Shown in pieces: positions 51,901 to 64,000 of a stretch of 64,000 nt of DNA. Below the pieces are notes generated by a model. It was given only the letters and a program-made list of their open reading frames with translations, did not search any database and was not told where the DNA came from. Numbering within the stretch: the first letter of the stretch is position 1; each line of letters begins with the position of its first letter. Source of the DNA: Callorhinchus milii (Eukaryota); assembly GCF_018977255.1 (NCBI RefSeq), contig NW_024704742.1, forward strand, positions 131,938,001-132,002,000, read 5' to 3'. The position numbers and the translations under genes were made by a program.

Positions 51901-52329
51901 AATGCTGTAACGCTGACTTTTATGGAGGAATTTGGAGGTCGAGTGTTTAGCGCTAAATTTACAGAAACACCAGTGAAGGAAAGGGGAGCAAAAGGGAAGT
52001 GCTAGGCAGCTTAGTAGACACCTTGACGGAAAGCCAGCAGGGGTAGAGCTTTGCTGGACTCGGGCTGGCAGCAGTGAGTAGGGTATGCTGTGAATTGTGA
52101 TAAAAGTGATCCATAAAACTATGTGAGAAGCAAGAATCCAACCGTGTCCAAAAGACACACAGAAGGCTTATGAATAAGTCCAGATAAAGCACATAAATCC
52201 TCAGAGTGCATAAAGAGAACTCAGTGCAAGATTTAGCTTTTAGCTGAGGAGTTGGACAGTAACTCGCCTGAAACTATCCTGCTGACTGTATTTTTCTCAA
52301 AGGAAGGCACAAAGAGGGGCACATCCAAA

Positions 52330-54470
52330 TGTTTACCTAACAGTAAGTAGGAACCCAGTTGTTAGTCGATTGGCAGATCGGTTTCTGGGGGAAATAATCC
52401 CTTCAAGAAATAAACAAATAAATCATAATAATAATAATTTGGTCACTCAATCCATTTGACTGTTTGTGGAACACAGCTGTGCTCAACTGACTGCCATGTT
52501 TTGTCCACAAAATATACAGTCAATTCACTTTACAGCATTTTCTTTGAAGAGCTTTGAGACATCTCAATGACTTGATAAGACACTATATCAAATGCAAGAA
52601 TTATTATATTATTATTAGAAAGACTGTAAGGGCTGTGGGCCATTTTTGCTTCAGAGGTTTACAGACTGAAAACTAAATGGAATTTCCAGGGGTCACAACA
52701 TTCAGATCAGATGCAAAGCAGAACCCACATGTGATCCTTGTATTCGATAATGTGTCTGATGCAGAGCACCTCATAACCATCTCACTGACTGAGAACACAT
52801 CTCCTACCCTAGACTCCCCAGTCCCCACCCCGCTCTGTTGCAGAGCAGAGTTGTTGCTATCCATTTCTGCAGATTTCTGCTTATTTCCACCTTGTTTTAC
52901 AATATTAATCCATGCCATTGATATAGCATCTTTCAAGGTTGGATGGCATCTCACAGAACGAAAGCCCTCCATGGGATTTTACTGTAAAGTGCAGTGACTG
53001 TGTGTTTTGTAGGCGAACACCTATCGCAGTCAATTTTCGCACAGTAATGTCCCACATTACAACCATGGAGTGAATGATTTATTTTATCCAGGGGGATTGT
53101 CAGCCTTTCTCTTTTCTAATAAAGCTATGGGCATCCAGTTAAAGTGTAGTGACTGTCTGCTTTGTGGGTGAAATACAGCAGCCAGTTGCACACAGCAGTG
53201 TCCCACACACAGCCGTGGATTGAGTGACCAGGTTATTATTAGTACTTTTTTTTAAAGGATTATTACCCTGGAAAATGGATCAGTTGACCATTTTAATTCT
53301 CATCTTCCTGCTTCGATCAATTTGCTGTAACAACGGGGCAGTATGTGGGACATCGCTGTGTACAAATTGGCTGCTAAGATAGTTTGGCTGCAATAAATAC
53401 AGTCACTACACTTGACAATGAGTCCTGTGGGAGCACTCTGAATTGACGGCCTCCCATTGTGAAAGGTGCTGCATCAAATGAAAGGATTATTATTGTTGTC
53501 ATAATTATCCTTTTGCTTCCTCCCAAACCCAGACCCACTGATAGAAAATGGGGGCATTTCAGTTCTGAGTTATTAATCCTGATTTAAAATTGATTATATC
53601 ACTAAGGACAGGTGACCTGAATCTGCAAATATTCTTTTCAGTCTCTTTTTATGAACTGCTTCCCTGCACATCATTAAAATCATATAAATTATTCAAGAAG
53701 TTAAATGTGGGCATGAGGAAGAGATCAGTCTTCTCCAGAGATGTCTAATGACAACATTTTCGCACCATCTGTTCATAACTTTTTCTCGTTTAAATAGCAT
53801 CTCACCAGCTTTCTTCAATTATGCCATAGAGTTGCAAAAAGCATCTTGTTGAAACATTTTTCTATGACTGCACCTTCAGCCATCTTTCACCTGCACCATG
53901 TTCTCTGACCCAGCCATCAAGTGAACAGTCAAATTTACCTGTGACCAGGTATTTGTTATTTGCTGTCCACGACGCTGGGATAAACTCCCTTCTCTTTTTG
54001 AGTAAAGCAGAGGGATTTTTAAGGCCCATCTGAACAGACAGATGGGAACTGAGTTTAATGCCTCATCTGAAAGATAGCACATCCGACAATGCTGCACATC
54101 CGAGCACTACATCTTCCAACCTACCCAGGCCTCCCAATCTGGGTACTTTCTGATGCTTTGTGACTTGAAAGGCTCTATATAGATGCAAGTTATTGTTCTT
54201 TAATTTTCTGTGTCAGCCTGGCTCAGTTGGTAGCATTCTCAACTCTGAGTGACAAGGCTGTGGGTTCAAGCCCCGCATCAGTACTTTGACACACATGCGC
54301 TAGGCTGGCATTCCATTGCAGTGCTGGGGGTGGGTGCATAGTCAGAGGTGTTGTCCTTCAGATGAGTCGTATAAACCACGTGCCATTTACCTGTTCAGGT
54401 TAATGCCCTCCCCCCCCACCCACCCACAGTTGGAGTGTCAAATCAGACTATTTGAGTTCGAGTCCTGTAA
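52330..54470. mobile_element. Multiple SINE A/B fragments (52330-52615 +, 52905-53270 -, 53340-53500 +, 53900-54100 -, 54210-54470 +)
   Basis: Similarity to the family consensus modules. Confidence 0.7.
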
Positions 54471-56169
54471 TGAATGTAAATTTGTTGTTGGTTGTTGAGC
54501 TAGGTTATGGTAAACACAAATTCTGATTTATTCTGACGTTATAGTTTCAAAAATAAATGTAATTTGACTTGCAGGAGAACGGAGCAGGTCGCAAAACCCA
54601 CAGGCAGGCAGAGAGCGCTGTGTTTGATGCCTGTGCACCAGAGCTCAGTGTGAGAGAGAACAAAGGATTCCCAGGATCTGCATTGGGTGCCAACACAAAT
54701 CTAAAATGCCCTTTGTTTAGCAATATGCCCATGGGGTTTGATCCACAACTGTAATCATTCAGTGATGTCCAATTGTAACGTTAATCAAGGTTAGGACAGC
54801 AAAGCAACCTCTGCTCAGCCTTGGTTTGAAAAGCAAAACCTTCACAATAAAAACTGACAGTCACTGCCTTCTGGACATACAAACAAGAAAGGCATTTGTT
54901 CTAGTTATTGGTTATATTACTGTATAACAGTGGCGTGTAAAGTGCTTTGATCTTGGTGCAGTACACTTTAGTATAGGTGAATTGCTTGATCGCTGCATTT
55001 CTTGATTTGAATGTCTGTTCGTAAACAATTCGATTCTACACAGGTTTCCACTGTCACTGTTCAAAGGGTGTCCTGGCCTGTGATCCTCCAAATTAACTCA
55101 TCACACACCAGTTTCTGGGATTTCGCCCACAAAATACACAGTCAATTCACTTTACAGTATATTCTATGAAGCGCTTTGAGATGTCTAACCACATGATAAG
55201 GTACTGTATCAAATCCAAGGATTATTATTATTATCTGGCTGGTATAAAATGGCCATTCAGTTTGCCGATCAATTAAACCACCACAGCACTTGACTGTAGT
55301 TGCCAGCAAAGCACTTTAAGACGTTTTGACATGGTAAAGCAGTTCTATTTGTAAAAAAAAGCTATTTAAATCATCATAATCTCCCCCCTCTCCCCCATCC
55401 ATCCAATTACAGTTAACATTTGTATATTGTAAAGACCCATTTGTATAATATATTGTCCCAGTGAATAAAGTCCTGGTGAATCTCTGTGGCTCTAAATAAA
55501 AGCTCTCCGTGAAGAACTGTAACTTGTGATTAAGATCTGTGTAGATAAGTCACTGTGCTCACATCGAATGAAATTTTTCCATTTTAAATGGACACCCTTT
55601 CATACATTGCAACTGTAATTCTAACAGTAATATTAGAATACAATGTAGATACCAAACCAAATCAGATCTGGTTGGTCAATATTTACTGAGTTACATGCTC
55701 ACCTCAAATTCAGCATTTAGTGGTGACACAATTAAAAGCAGTTTGCACGGAAAGTATCTGTAATCGAAAATCATAGAACTTAACAACACAGAAGAAGCCC
55801 ATTCAGCCCTTTGTGTCTGTGCTTATTCTTTTAAAGAGCAATCCATTTAGTCCCTTTTGTTCACCTTTTCCCCCTTAGCCCTTCAAACTAATCCTCATAA
55901 AACCTCACAAGTTAACACTGCAGGCGGTTCCTGTTAACACTGCAAGCCAAAGCCCTGAAGCCCTGTCTGGTCCTAGCTGCACAAGCAACATGAAGCTTAC
56001 CAGACACATACAACCATAAAACATATTATTGTCCTCAAATTAAATTGCAAAAAAAAAGTTTTCGCTGTTTTTTTTCTTACCCTTTTACATTTATGTACAT
56101 CATCTCCCTAAGGTTCTTATGGCTTTTATTGAAATACAACTCCAACCAAAAATACCAGATATATCGGGG

Positions 56170-57612
56170 TATAAATTATGATACCTCCTCTCTCTTGCTC
56201 ATCAATGCCCTCAAGTTTTCCAAATTCTTCCCTCTCTAGCCTTCCACTCATCATTACCTCAATCTATTATTTGAGCTTCTCAATAACTCTCTTACCTTCA
56301 GCAATCTCAATACCCTTAGAGATGAACCAAGGAGCTAATGATAGGGAGCAACTTAGGGAAATTTACGTTAGCAAAGAATTGGTGCTAGAGAAATTATTGG
56401 CATTAAAAAGTGACAAGTCTCCTGGACCTGTCTTTGAACATATCCAATACTGAGATTGATAGATTTCTTGTGGATAAAGGGATTAAGGGATATGGGGATA
56501 AGATGGGTAGTTGGAGTTAGAATAGATCAGCCATGATCTTATTGAATGGTGGGGCAGGCTCGAGGGGCCAAATGGCCTACTCCTGTTCCTAATTCTTATG
56601 TTCTTATGTTCTTGCTTCTATTAAGTCCCGAGGTGCTTCCTATCTCTGCAAGTCCCTCTGGCATAACAGTTACCCCACTCGCTAAAGTCCAAAGCCCTTT
56701 CAAAACTACCATAATTAAGGGCCTTCTCAAAGAGCATACTCTAGACCTCTCCCAACTCTCCAGCTACCACCCTATCTCCAGCCTGCCTTTCCTCTCCAAG
56801 GACCAGTAACAAGTTGTTGCCTCCCAGCTCCAAGGAATACATCACATCCAACATGAGTACCACCAATCTGATTTCCACCCCAACCAGACTCCTGACCAAA
56901 GTCACAAACAATATTCTCTTTTATTTACCAAGAAGGGTTCCCTCCTTGTCCTTCTCAACCTAATGCCTTTGGCATGGTTGACCACTCCACCATACTTCCT
57001 CCCCGATCCTCCTCCAAGGCTGTGTGCTTCAGTGGTACTACCCCTCCCAGTTTCCACTTTGTCACATTTAATGACTTCTCCTCCTGCTCCTACATGGTCA
57101 CATTGGGCATTCTTCAAACTCCTCAGAGCTCTATCCGTCGTCTCTTTTTCATCCATTATATGCTCTCCCACAGATACATTGTTCTTGTCAAACTCCACTG
57201 GCTCCTGTCACAGAGCAGATCGATTTCAAGATCCTCACTCTTGTATTCAAATCCCTTCATGCCCAGGCACCCACTTATCTCTCCAACCTGCTCTCTCTCT
57301 TCACCACTACCGGCTGACTCCGTTCAACTGGCTTCAGCCTCCTCCTTGTCCCCCAGACCATCCACCCCACCAACAGCGGCCGTGCTTTCATCCACTACAC
57401 CCTGAAGCTGTGGAACTCTCTCCCTCAATCCCTATGCCTTGCCCCCCCCTCTCCCATTCTCAGGTCGCGCCTGAAGACCTTTCTCTTCACCTGTGCCTAC
57501 AGTCACCTTCCCGCTCTCCCTGGCTCAGCAATGGGATCCGCTACTGTTAAGCGCTCCGAGATGACATCCGGTGTGAAGGGCAATATATAAATGCAAGTTG
57601 TTGTTGTTGTTG
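56170..57612 (+). mobile_element. Old L2 LINE, internally deleted, interrupted by a CR1 fragment
   Basis: PFKTTIIKGLLKEHTLDLSQLSSYHPISSLPFLSK (L2 RT N-terminal motif), later KLHWLL...FKILTL..K, and terminal ataaatgcaagttgttgttgttgttg. Confidence 0.8.
56325..56612 (+). mobile_element. CR1 (second subfamily, (TTCTTATG)n tail) with a large internal deletion
   Basis: EQLREIYVSKELVLEKLLALKSDKSPGP joined directly to a 3' UTR (gatcagccatgatcttattgaatgg...ggctcgaggggcc.aatggcctactcctgttcctaattcttatgttcttatg). Confidence 0.85.
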
Positions 57613-58989
57613 TCCATAAGGATAGAGTCCATTTCCATTTGTGTGCAGATGACATCTAATTATACTTTTTTTGTCTCCACCCTCAACTTTAACATAATAG
57701 TAATAATTCTTGCATTTGATCACATCGTTGAGATATCTGAAAGCCCTTCATTGGATATATTGTAAAGTCTAGTGACTCTGTATTTTTTAGGCAAAACTTT
57801 AATACGCAATCTAGGCTGACATTCCGGTGCAGTGCTGGGGGAGTGTTTGCAATCATTCAAAAAGAAAAGGGAGTTTGTTCTGGCCAGCAATCCCCCAGAT
57901 AACATTGGATGAAAATTTGCCCTCCATTTGCCTAAAATACAAAGTCATTAAACTTCACAGTAAACAATCCTGTGAAGCTCTTTGGAATGTTTTGACAGAA
58001 AAGGCCTTATATCAAACACAAGGATTAATATTGTAACTTAGCAGTTTGTGTTATGAAGGGAATGATCCCACATTTTTGTTTACAGATTTGGAACACATTC
58101 CTTTCCTATTAAGTGTGTTCAGAATCGATAGCAAAGATTTGTCAATGTTCTTTTGAAGGCCACATTTAAATTGGCAACTTGTCATGTAAAACCACAGCTT
58201 TATCCTCTGTCTTAGCTTGTGAATGGGACTGAGCCAATATCTCTCCACAAAGTCTAAGCAACCCCAAGTAGTCAATGCTACTGTATCGCAATGTCAATAC
58301 CTTAACCCCATATTCTCATTTTGTTTCAAAGCTTCACAAACTGCTTGTATATTGCTTTGTATAAAGAAAATGGATTGCCTTTCATAGAACGTTTAATGTT
58401 TCCATAATACACTAAAAGGCTTGATGTTAAGAGTCACAAACACTGTCTGTCAATAATAAAAAAAAGTTTAAATGAAAAGTAAATTTTTCACTTGTAAGAC
58501 TTTGAGGCTAAATGAAATACCTATTAGTATCTGCCAGGCTTACTTGTTGCTGTGACAATGCATCAATGCATTTAAACTTCACTTTACAGGGAAGGCAGAT
58601 AGCACATTGTTAGCTTGGTCTGCCCAGCCTAGTGTGTGAGTGAGAGAGAAAGAGACTGTGCGAGAAATGCCTCGGCAACTCAAATGGTGGAATGACTCGG
58701 AATATTTAACTATGGCGTAGCTTTACGTTGAGACGCAGAGCAGATGGGGTGCACTGTAGGCACTGTCAAAGAGGAAAGCCTTCAGGTGAGATCTGAAGAT
58801 GGGCAAAGAAGGGCAAGGTGTAGGGATTGAGGCAGCAAATTCCACAAGTTGGGGCACAGGGGCTGATTGCAAGGCCACCAACTGGAGTGGAGAGGCTGAG
58901 GGACCTCTTTGTTACCCACATTTTATCAGTGTAACAAGTGTCCACCACATCATCTTGACACACAGTTAAAGGTATATCTTCTTAAGAGT

Positions 58990-59310
58990 TCAATCCCCAC
59001 GTCGGGGACTTAAACTCACAGTCTTGGTTGACGATCCAATGCAGTGTTGAGGGTGGTTTGCATTATCAGAGGTTCATCTGTCTGTTCAGGTGAACATTAA
59101 AGATCCAATGGCACTATTGGAAAAGCGAAGAGAGTTTACCCCAGTGTCCTGGCCAACAATCCCCCAAATAAAATTGACCGTTCATTTGTTTGTGAATATT
59201 GCTGTGCATTGCTCATTACATTTCACAGTAAAACGCTTGTGAGGCACTTTGAGACATCTCACTGACATGATAAGGTGCTATATCAATGGCAAAGATTATT
59301 ATGATTATTT
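58990..59310 (+). mobile_element. SINE family B
   Basis: Deu core ctgttcaggtgaacattaaagatccaatggcactatt and tail. Confidence 0.78.
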
Positions 59311-60064
59311 CATATCTTTCCCAATTGTGCAATAACTCATCCAAACCCCTCTTGCGATCTTAGTGGCTTTGCCAATTTAGGGACAATTGTGCTGAAGTCA
59401 GACTCTTCCATTCAGAACTGGGTTGAAGCAGGTCAAACCCTAATTAAAGATTATTTGCAACTTTTTCCTGTTAAATAAAAACCTCATGGTGCTGTATTTT
59501 GGAGGAGGAGGAAAAAAACTGCTTCCAAACAATGCCAACTGAACAGTGCCTTATTTATGGCAGCTGCTGTAAATCCTTACTCAACGCCCCGAATTGTTAT
59601 AAAGCGAATCAGCAATATTCAGTAGATGGTCTGAGAGAAACATTTCTCAAGATTTCTGAACTGAACTGATGCGGACTGACAGAACAGTCTCCGAGTGTGA
59701 TCGTTGGAGCAGTATTCCGTTAAGAGAATGCAAATTTCAGTAAAATTACACATGACTGTGATAAACGTAAAAAACATAAATCTGGCAAGTAGGCGAAATT
59801 AAGGAGAGGCAGCATTATTTATGGCTTGCGAGGGTTGTTTTATAGCTCCACATACTGTGTCAGCGGCAAGTGCTTATCAATTGGTTTGTACTTTAGAACA
59901 ATAAAGAATTACTCTGAAGTTTAACTGGTATCCTCAGAGAAAAAAATTCTAAATTAATCATAACATGATATTTGCAAGAAATACAGTTTTTTTTTGCAAG
60001 TTTAGCAAAATGCTAAACACCAGACTGGAATTCAAGGAAAGTTGATGCAAAAGTAAAAACAATT

Positions 60065-61245
60065 GCTTGTTTTGTGGACAAAACATGGTAGCCAATTGCA
60101 TGCAGCAGGGTCCTACAAACAGTCGTGGATTGAGTGACCCAATTTATTTATTTATTTATTTATTTTGGAAGAGATGATTACACCCCGAAAAGCGATCCGC
60201 CAATCGACGAACAACCGGGTTTCCTACTTACTGCTGGGTGAACAGAGGCATGTGGACTAAGGAAATTTGCCTAAGGTTTCGTCCTGCCCTGGAATCGAAC
60301 CCAGGTCCTCTCGCTTGCGAGGTGAGTTCTCTAACCAATATGCTACAGGTCTCCAAGAATTGAGTCATTTAGTAATCAATCCTTTCATTCGATATACAAC
60401 AGCAGCAATTTGCATTCAAATAGCACACTTCATGCAGATCAGTGTCTCTGAGCACTTAACCGTAGCGGAGTTAGGGGGAGGAAGGAGGTGCCCGTGAAGA
60501 GGAAGGTCTTCAGTCATGATCAAAAAGAGGATAAAGAGGAGGCCAGGTGGAGGGATCGATGGAGAGAGTTCTAAAGTTTTGAGGCAAAGTGGTTGAAAGC
60601 ACGGCCACTAATGGTTCAGCAGAGGGGGTGAGAGACAAGCAGAAGCCAGATATACAACAACCAACAAGATTACATTTGTATAGCGCCTTTCATGTCTGAA
60701 GGACGTCTCAATAGCACCTATTTTCCATCAGAAGGCCATCTGAAAGCACCTCACAGATTTTACCATAAAGCATAGTGACTATGCATTTGTAGGCAAATGT
60801 AGCAGCCAATGTAACAGCATGGCTGCCACGTTTCGCATACAAAACATACAGTCAATTCACTTTACAGTGGTGAAGTGCTTTGAGACATCTCAAAGATGTG
60901 ACAAGGCACTATATCAAATGCGAGGACTATTATTATTATTACAATCAGCCAGCAAGTGACTGACCAATTTTATCTTAGGGTGGGGGGAGTTTGTTGGCCA
61001 GGACACCGGGAGAAACTCCCTTCTCTTTTTAAGTGGAGTCAAGGGATTTTTAAATTCAAATGAACAATCCCTTGGTCTAACATCTCGTCTGAAGGACAGC
61101 ATCTCGCTGACACTGCAAGACATCTGCTGCACTGCATTGAAGTGTTAGCCTAGATTGTGAGCTCAAAGTTCCTGACGCTGGTCTTGAACCCACAACCTTC
61201 TAACTCAGAGGCAAGAGTGCTGACTACTCAGCCAGGTTGACACCT
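60065..61245. mobile_element. Cluster: long-form SINE A (-, 60065-60355), old L2 3' pieces (-, 60395-60720), SINE B (-, to 61245) split by a + SINE tail (60815-60940)
   Basis: Similarity to the family modules. Confidence 0.75.
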
Positions 61246-61554
61246 GGCATCACAGTTAACATTGGTTCCCTGGATATAGGACAGAAAAATGTTGCTAGAT
61301 ATTGAATGGCTTTTGTACATGTCCGTGCAGGAAGCCTTCCTATTTTTGAGTACAAAAATGTCCTGGATTTGCAGGCTCAACCCAAAGTTGTTCAATTTGC
61401 AGGTGCCACCAAATCAGAGAACTATAGAACTTTACAATACGGAAACAGATTAATTGGTCCAACTAATCCTTGTGTTATCAACCTTTTGGTCTCAACTGAT
61501 GCAGTACCTCTCTTCTTCAAAACTTCTGCAATCACCACCTACCCCAAGAAAGCC

Positions 61555-61770
61555 TCACTGGCTGAGGGTTGACCTAATAGGGATCTTTAAAATAATGTGG
61601 GTTTTTGATAGAGTCAATAGGCAAAATCCATATAACCTTTCAGAAGGCGACTAGAAAGGTAGCGAAGAAGGGGTAAAGGGAAGGTGATTGGGACTAAAAC
61701 GGTTGTTCTTAAAAGAGCCGGCACAGACATGATGGACTGAATGGTCTTTTTTCGTGCTGTAAATTTCAGC
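61555..61770 (+). mobile_element. CR1 3' fragment, internally deleted
   Basis: LRVDLIGIFKIMWVFDRVNR, then aagagccggcacagacatgatggactgaatgg. Confidence 0.75.
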
Positions 61771-62087
61771 TACCATCCGTGCCATGACCTGTTCTGCCTT
61801 CCCCCACCACTGTAACATCGCCCGGCTCCACCACTGTCTCACACCGCAGGCTACGGTTCACAATTATTTTTGAATTCAACAATTTGTTCAAATTGTGGAA
61901 GCTCTAAAATGTTAACAACAATCATATTAATAATGCTTACATTTGGTATAGTGTAATTCCCACAAAGTACATACATTGTAAAAAATATAATTCCCATAAA
62001 ATACACTAAAATCCATTTTAAAGTATATCCTTTGAAGCGTTTTGAGAAATCTCAACAACATGATAACGTGCTATATCAAATGCAAGG

Positions 62088-62120
<33 letters not shown>

Positions 62121-62289
62121 GTGCCTTTCACGTTGGGAGGTTGTGTTGAAGTGCTTCACAGGATACGCTGTCAAGTGGAGTGACTATGAGTTTTGTGGTT
62201 GAATGCTACATACAGAGAGTGAATCTAAACCCAGGTGAGCACTTTCCCCAGGAATGTTTTGCCATATAAGTAGTTATTCAAACTAAGAC

Positions 62290-62465
62290 CACAACAATAT
62301 TCTAAAGCAACTTGGATAAATATTTGAAGAAGAAAAATATAATACAAGGATTACAGGGAAATAGCAAGACATTGGGATTAGAGTAGATAGCTCTAGTGGA
62401 GCTATCTACTCTAAATCTATGGCCTGATTCCATGTTACAATTTCTGTGTGTCTATGATTCCATAA
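62290..62465 (+). mobile_element. Old CR1 3' UTR fragment containing a perfect inverted repeat
   Basis: ttggataaatatttgaagaagaaaaat...caagga...gggaaatagc...gggattagagtagatagctct...atggcct...ctatgattc. Confidence 0.65.
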
Positions 62466-63204
62466 GCTCTGAAACTCTTCGTTGAAGAAAAGAGATTAGG
62501 TCCCCAAATTCCCAATGGATGAACACATCTAAAAGTAGACTAGCAATGGCAAATACATGAGACTGATGTTCTCCTGTTGGTATTCAGGGCAGAATATCCA
62601 GACACTTTTTTTAAAAATTCCTTAGAGTTAGGATTTGAAGGTCACGTTTCTCCTAAAGAGATAGCGCTGTAGGTATTCCTCCGGTTTTAATTAAAAGTTG
62701 CCGTTGAGAGAATGAGCCAGAGGACAACAGAGGATTGAACCAGAGATTGTTAGGTACAAGTTAAGCGTAATATCTTCCCACAGCTGAGTGTGGTACTTTA
62801 TTATGATCCGTTCCCATGGGTTTACAACAAGGAGAAAAAGGTATTTGAAGAATAGGGCAAGACCCGCCCCCCCCCTCTCTCTTTAAGTGCCAACCAGACA
62901 GGTATCCTCAAGGCACGGAAGCTATCACCAACTTACATACTTTAATCAATTAGGAGATTCCTAAAGGTATAGCTCTCATCTACCCTTTGACTTGTTTCAA
63001 CTTGGCTAATCCAACTCGAGTTTCCTCATGAGCAAAAGAACTGCTTAAACATGCAGTCCAACTTAATACTGAAACTTATGAACGGGATTGTAGCCTGCAA
63101 GTGCTTTGGCATAGCCAAGAGGTTTAATTTTAGATAGTGTCCGTGATATCATGATGACAGGACATCACGTCAAATTTACTTCTGTTCAGTTCAGCCTAAT
63201 ATCA

Positions 63205-63620
63205 TCGTGGCTCTGTTGGTAGCACTCTCATCGCTGAGTCAGATGTTTGGGGGTTTGATCCCAAATAGTCTATGTTAGCACTTTAATGCAGTGCTTGGAG
63301 TGCGGTGTGTTGTCAGAGGTGCATTCCTTTGGATGAGACGTCAAACCGTGTGTTCAGGCAGACATTAAATATCGAAAGGAGAAGGCAGTTTCTCCTGACC
63401 ACGAATGACACCCACCACAATGATCATTTACTTCATGGGTTGCTTGTGGGAGGGACATTGCTGTGAACAAATTGGCTTCCAAGTTCACCTACAAAATGTA
63501 CAGTCACTAGACTTACAATAAAAGCACTTTGAGATGTCCGCCTGAAGTGAAAAGCTCAATATCAAATACAAGGATTGCTATTATTATTATTATTATTATT
63601 TTATTATTATTGATATTATT
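63205..63620 (+). mobile_element. SINE family B with a long (TTA)n tail
   Basis: Head, Deu core (gtcagaggtgca.tcctttggatgagacgtcaaaccg) and tail. Confidence 0.8.
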
Positions 63621-63629
63621 ATGTTCACT

Positions 63630-63990
63630 CAGCAAAAGTGGGTATCGATTTTTTTTGGTCAGCTGGGTGTCTGAAACATGCAGAAACCCCTCACCAGGCT
63701 TAAGAGTATCCAGCCAAACTGAGAATTCCATACATCCATCTACACATGGACATTTCAGAGATAGGTTGTTGGAATGGAATGCGCACGTATGAGGCGCAGG
63801 TTGGCAAGAGCCAAGGCTTGGGGACCCCAGATTGTGCAGTTGGGATACAGCTGGAGTCTACCAGCTAAAACCATATAGCTTGCCATTGCTGCTTCTCCAG
63901 CAATGGCACTGCTTGCTTTCCCACTGCTTGTCCAGCTAGGACCACCCTACCCGTTAGGGCTTTGGCTTGCAGGGTTGACAGGAGCATACC
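63630..63990. repeat. Unclassified repeat 'X' fragment
   Basis: Aligns with 34530-34615 and 34946-35220 with no SINE interruption. Confidence 0.8.
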
Positions 63991-64000
63991 TTAACTATAG

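Overview
This is eukaryotic (vertebrate) non-coding DNA, probably an intron or gene desert. The repeat content (tRNA-headed SINEs with (TTA)n tails, SacSINE1-like DeuSINEs, CR1 LINEs ending (ATTCTATG)n, L2 LINEs ending (GTT)n) points to a cartilaginous fish, most plausibly a chimaera; the species is my inference. I recognise no intact host protein-coding gene. Nearly all listed ORFs are chance or repeat-derived frames. Main content: (i) dozens of copies or fragments of two SINE families that share a 3' half and an L2-like terminal hairpin; (ii) one near-full-length but decayed, internally deleted CR1 LINE (~41.44-44.61 kb); (iii) L2, CR1 and Tx1-like relics, often nested; (iv) an unclassified repeat of at least 1.2 kb in about 6 fragments; (v) repeat-free AT-rich islands that may be conserved non-coding elements, plus a few unproven micro-exon candidates; (vi) several precise inverted repeats that look like template-switch or repair scars. 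I see no convincing novel biological system. The best leads are the unclassified repeat, the SINE/L2 co-evolution and the templated-insertion scars. Boundaries of old repeats are approximate (about +/-20 bp).
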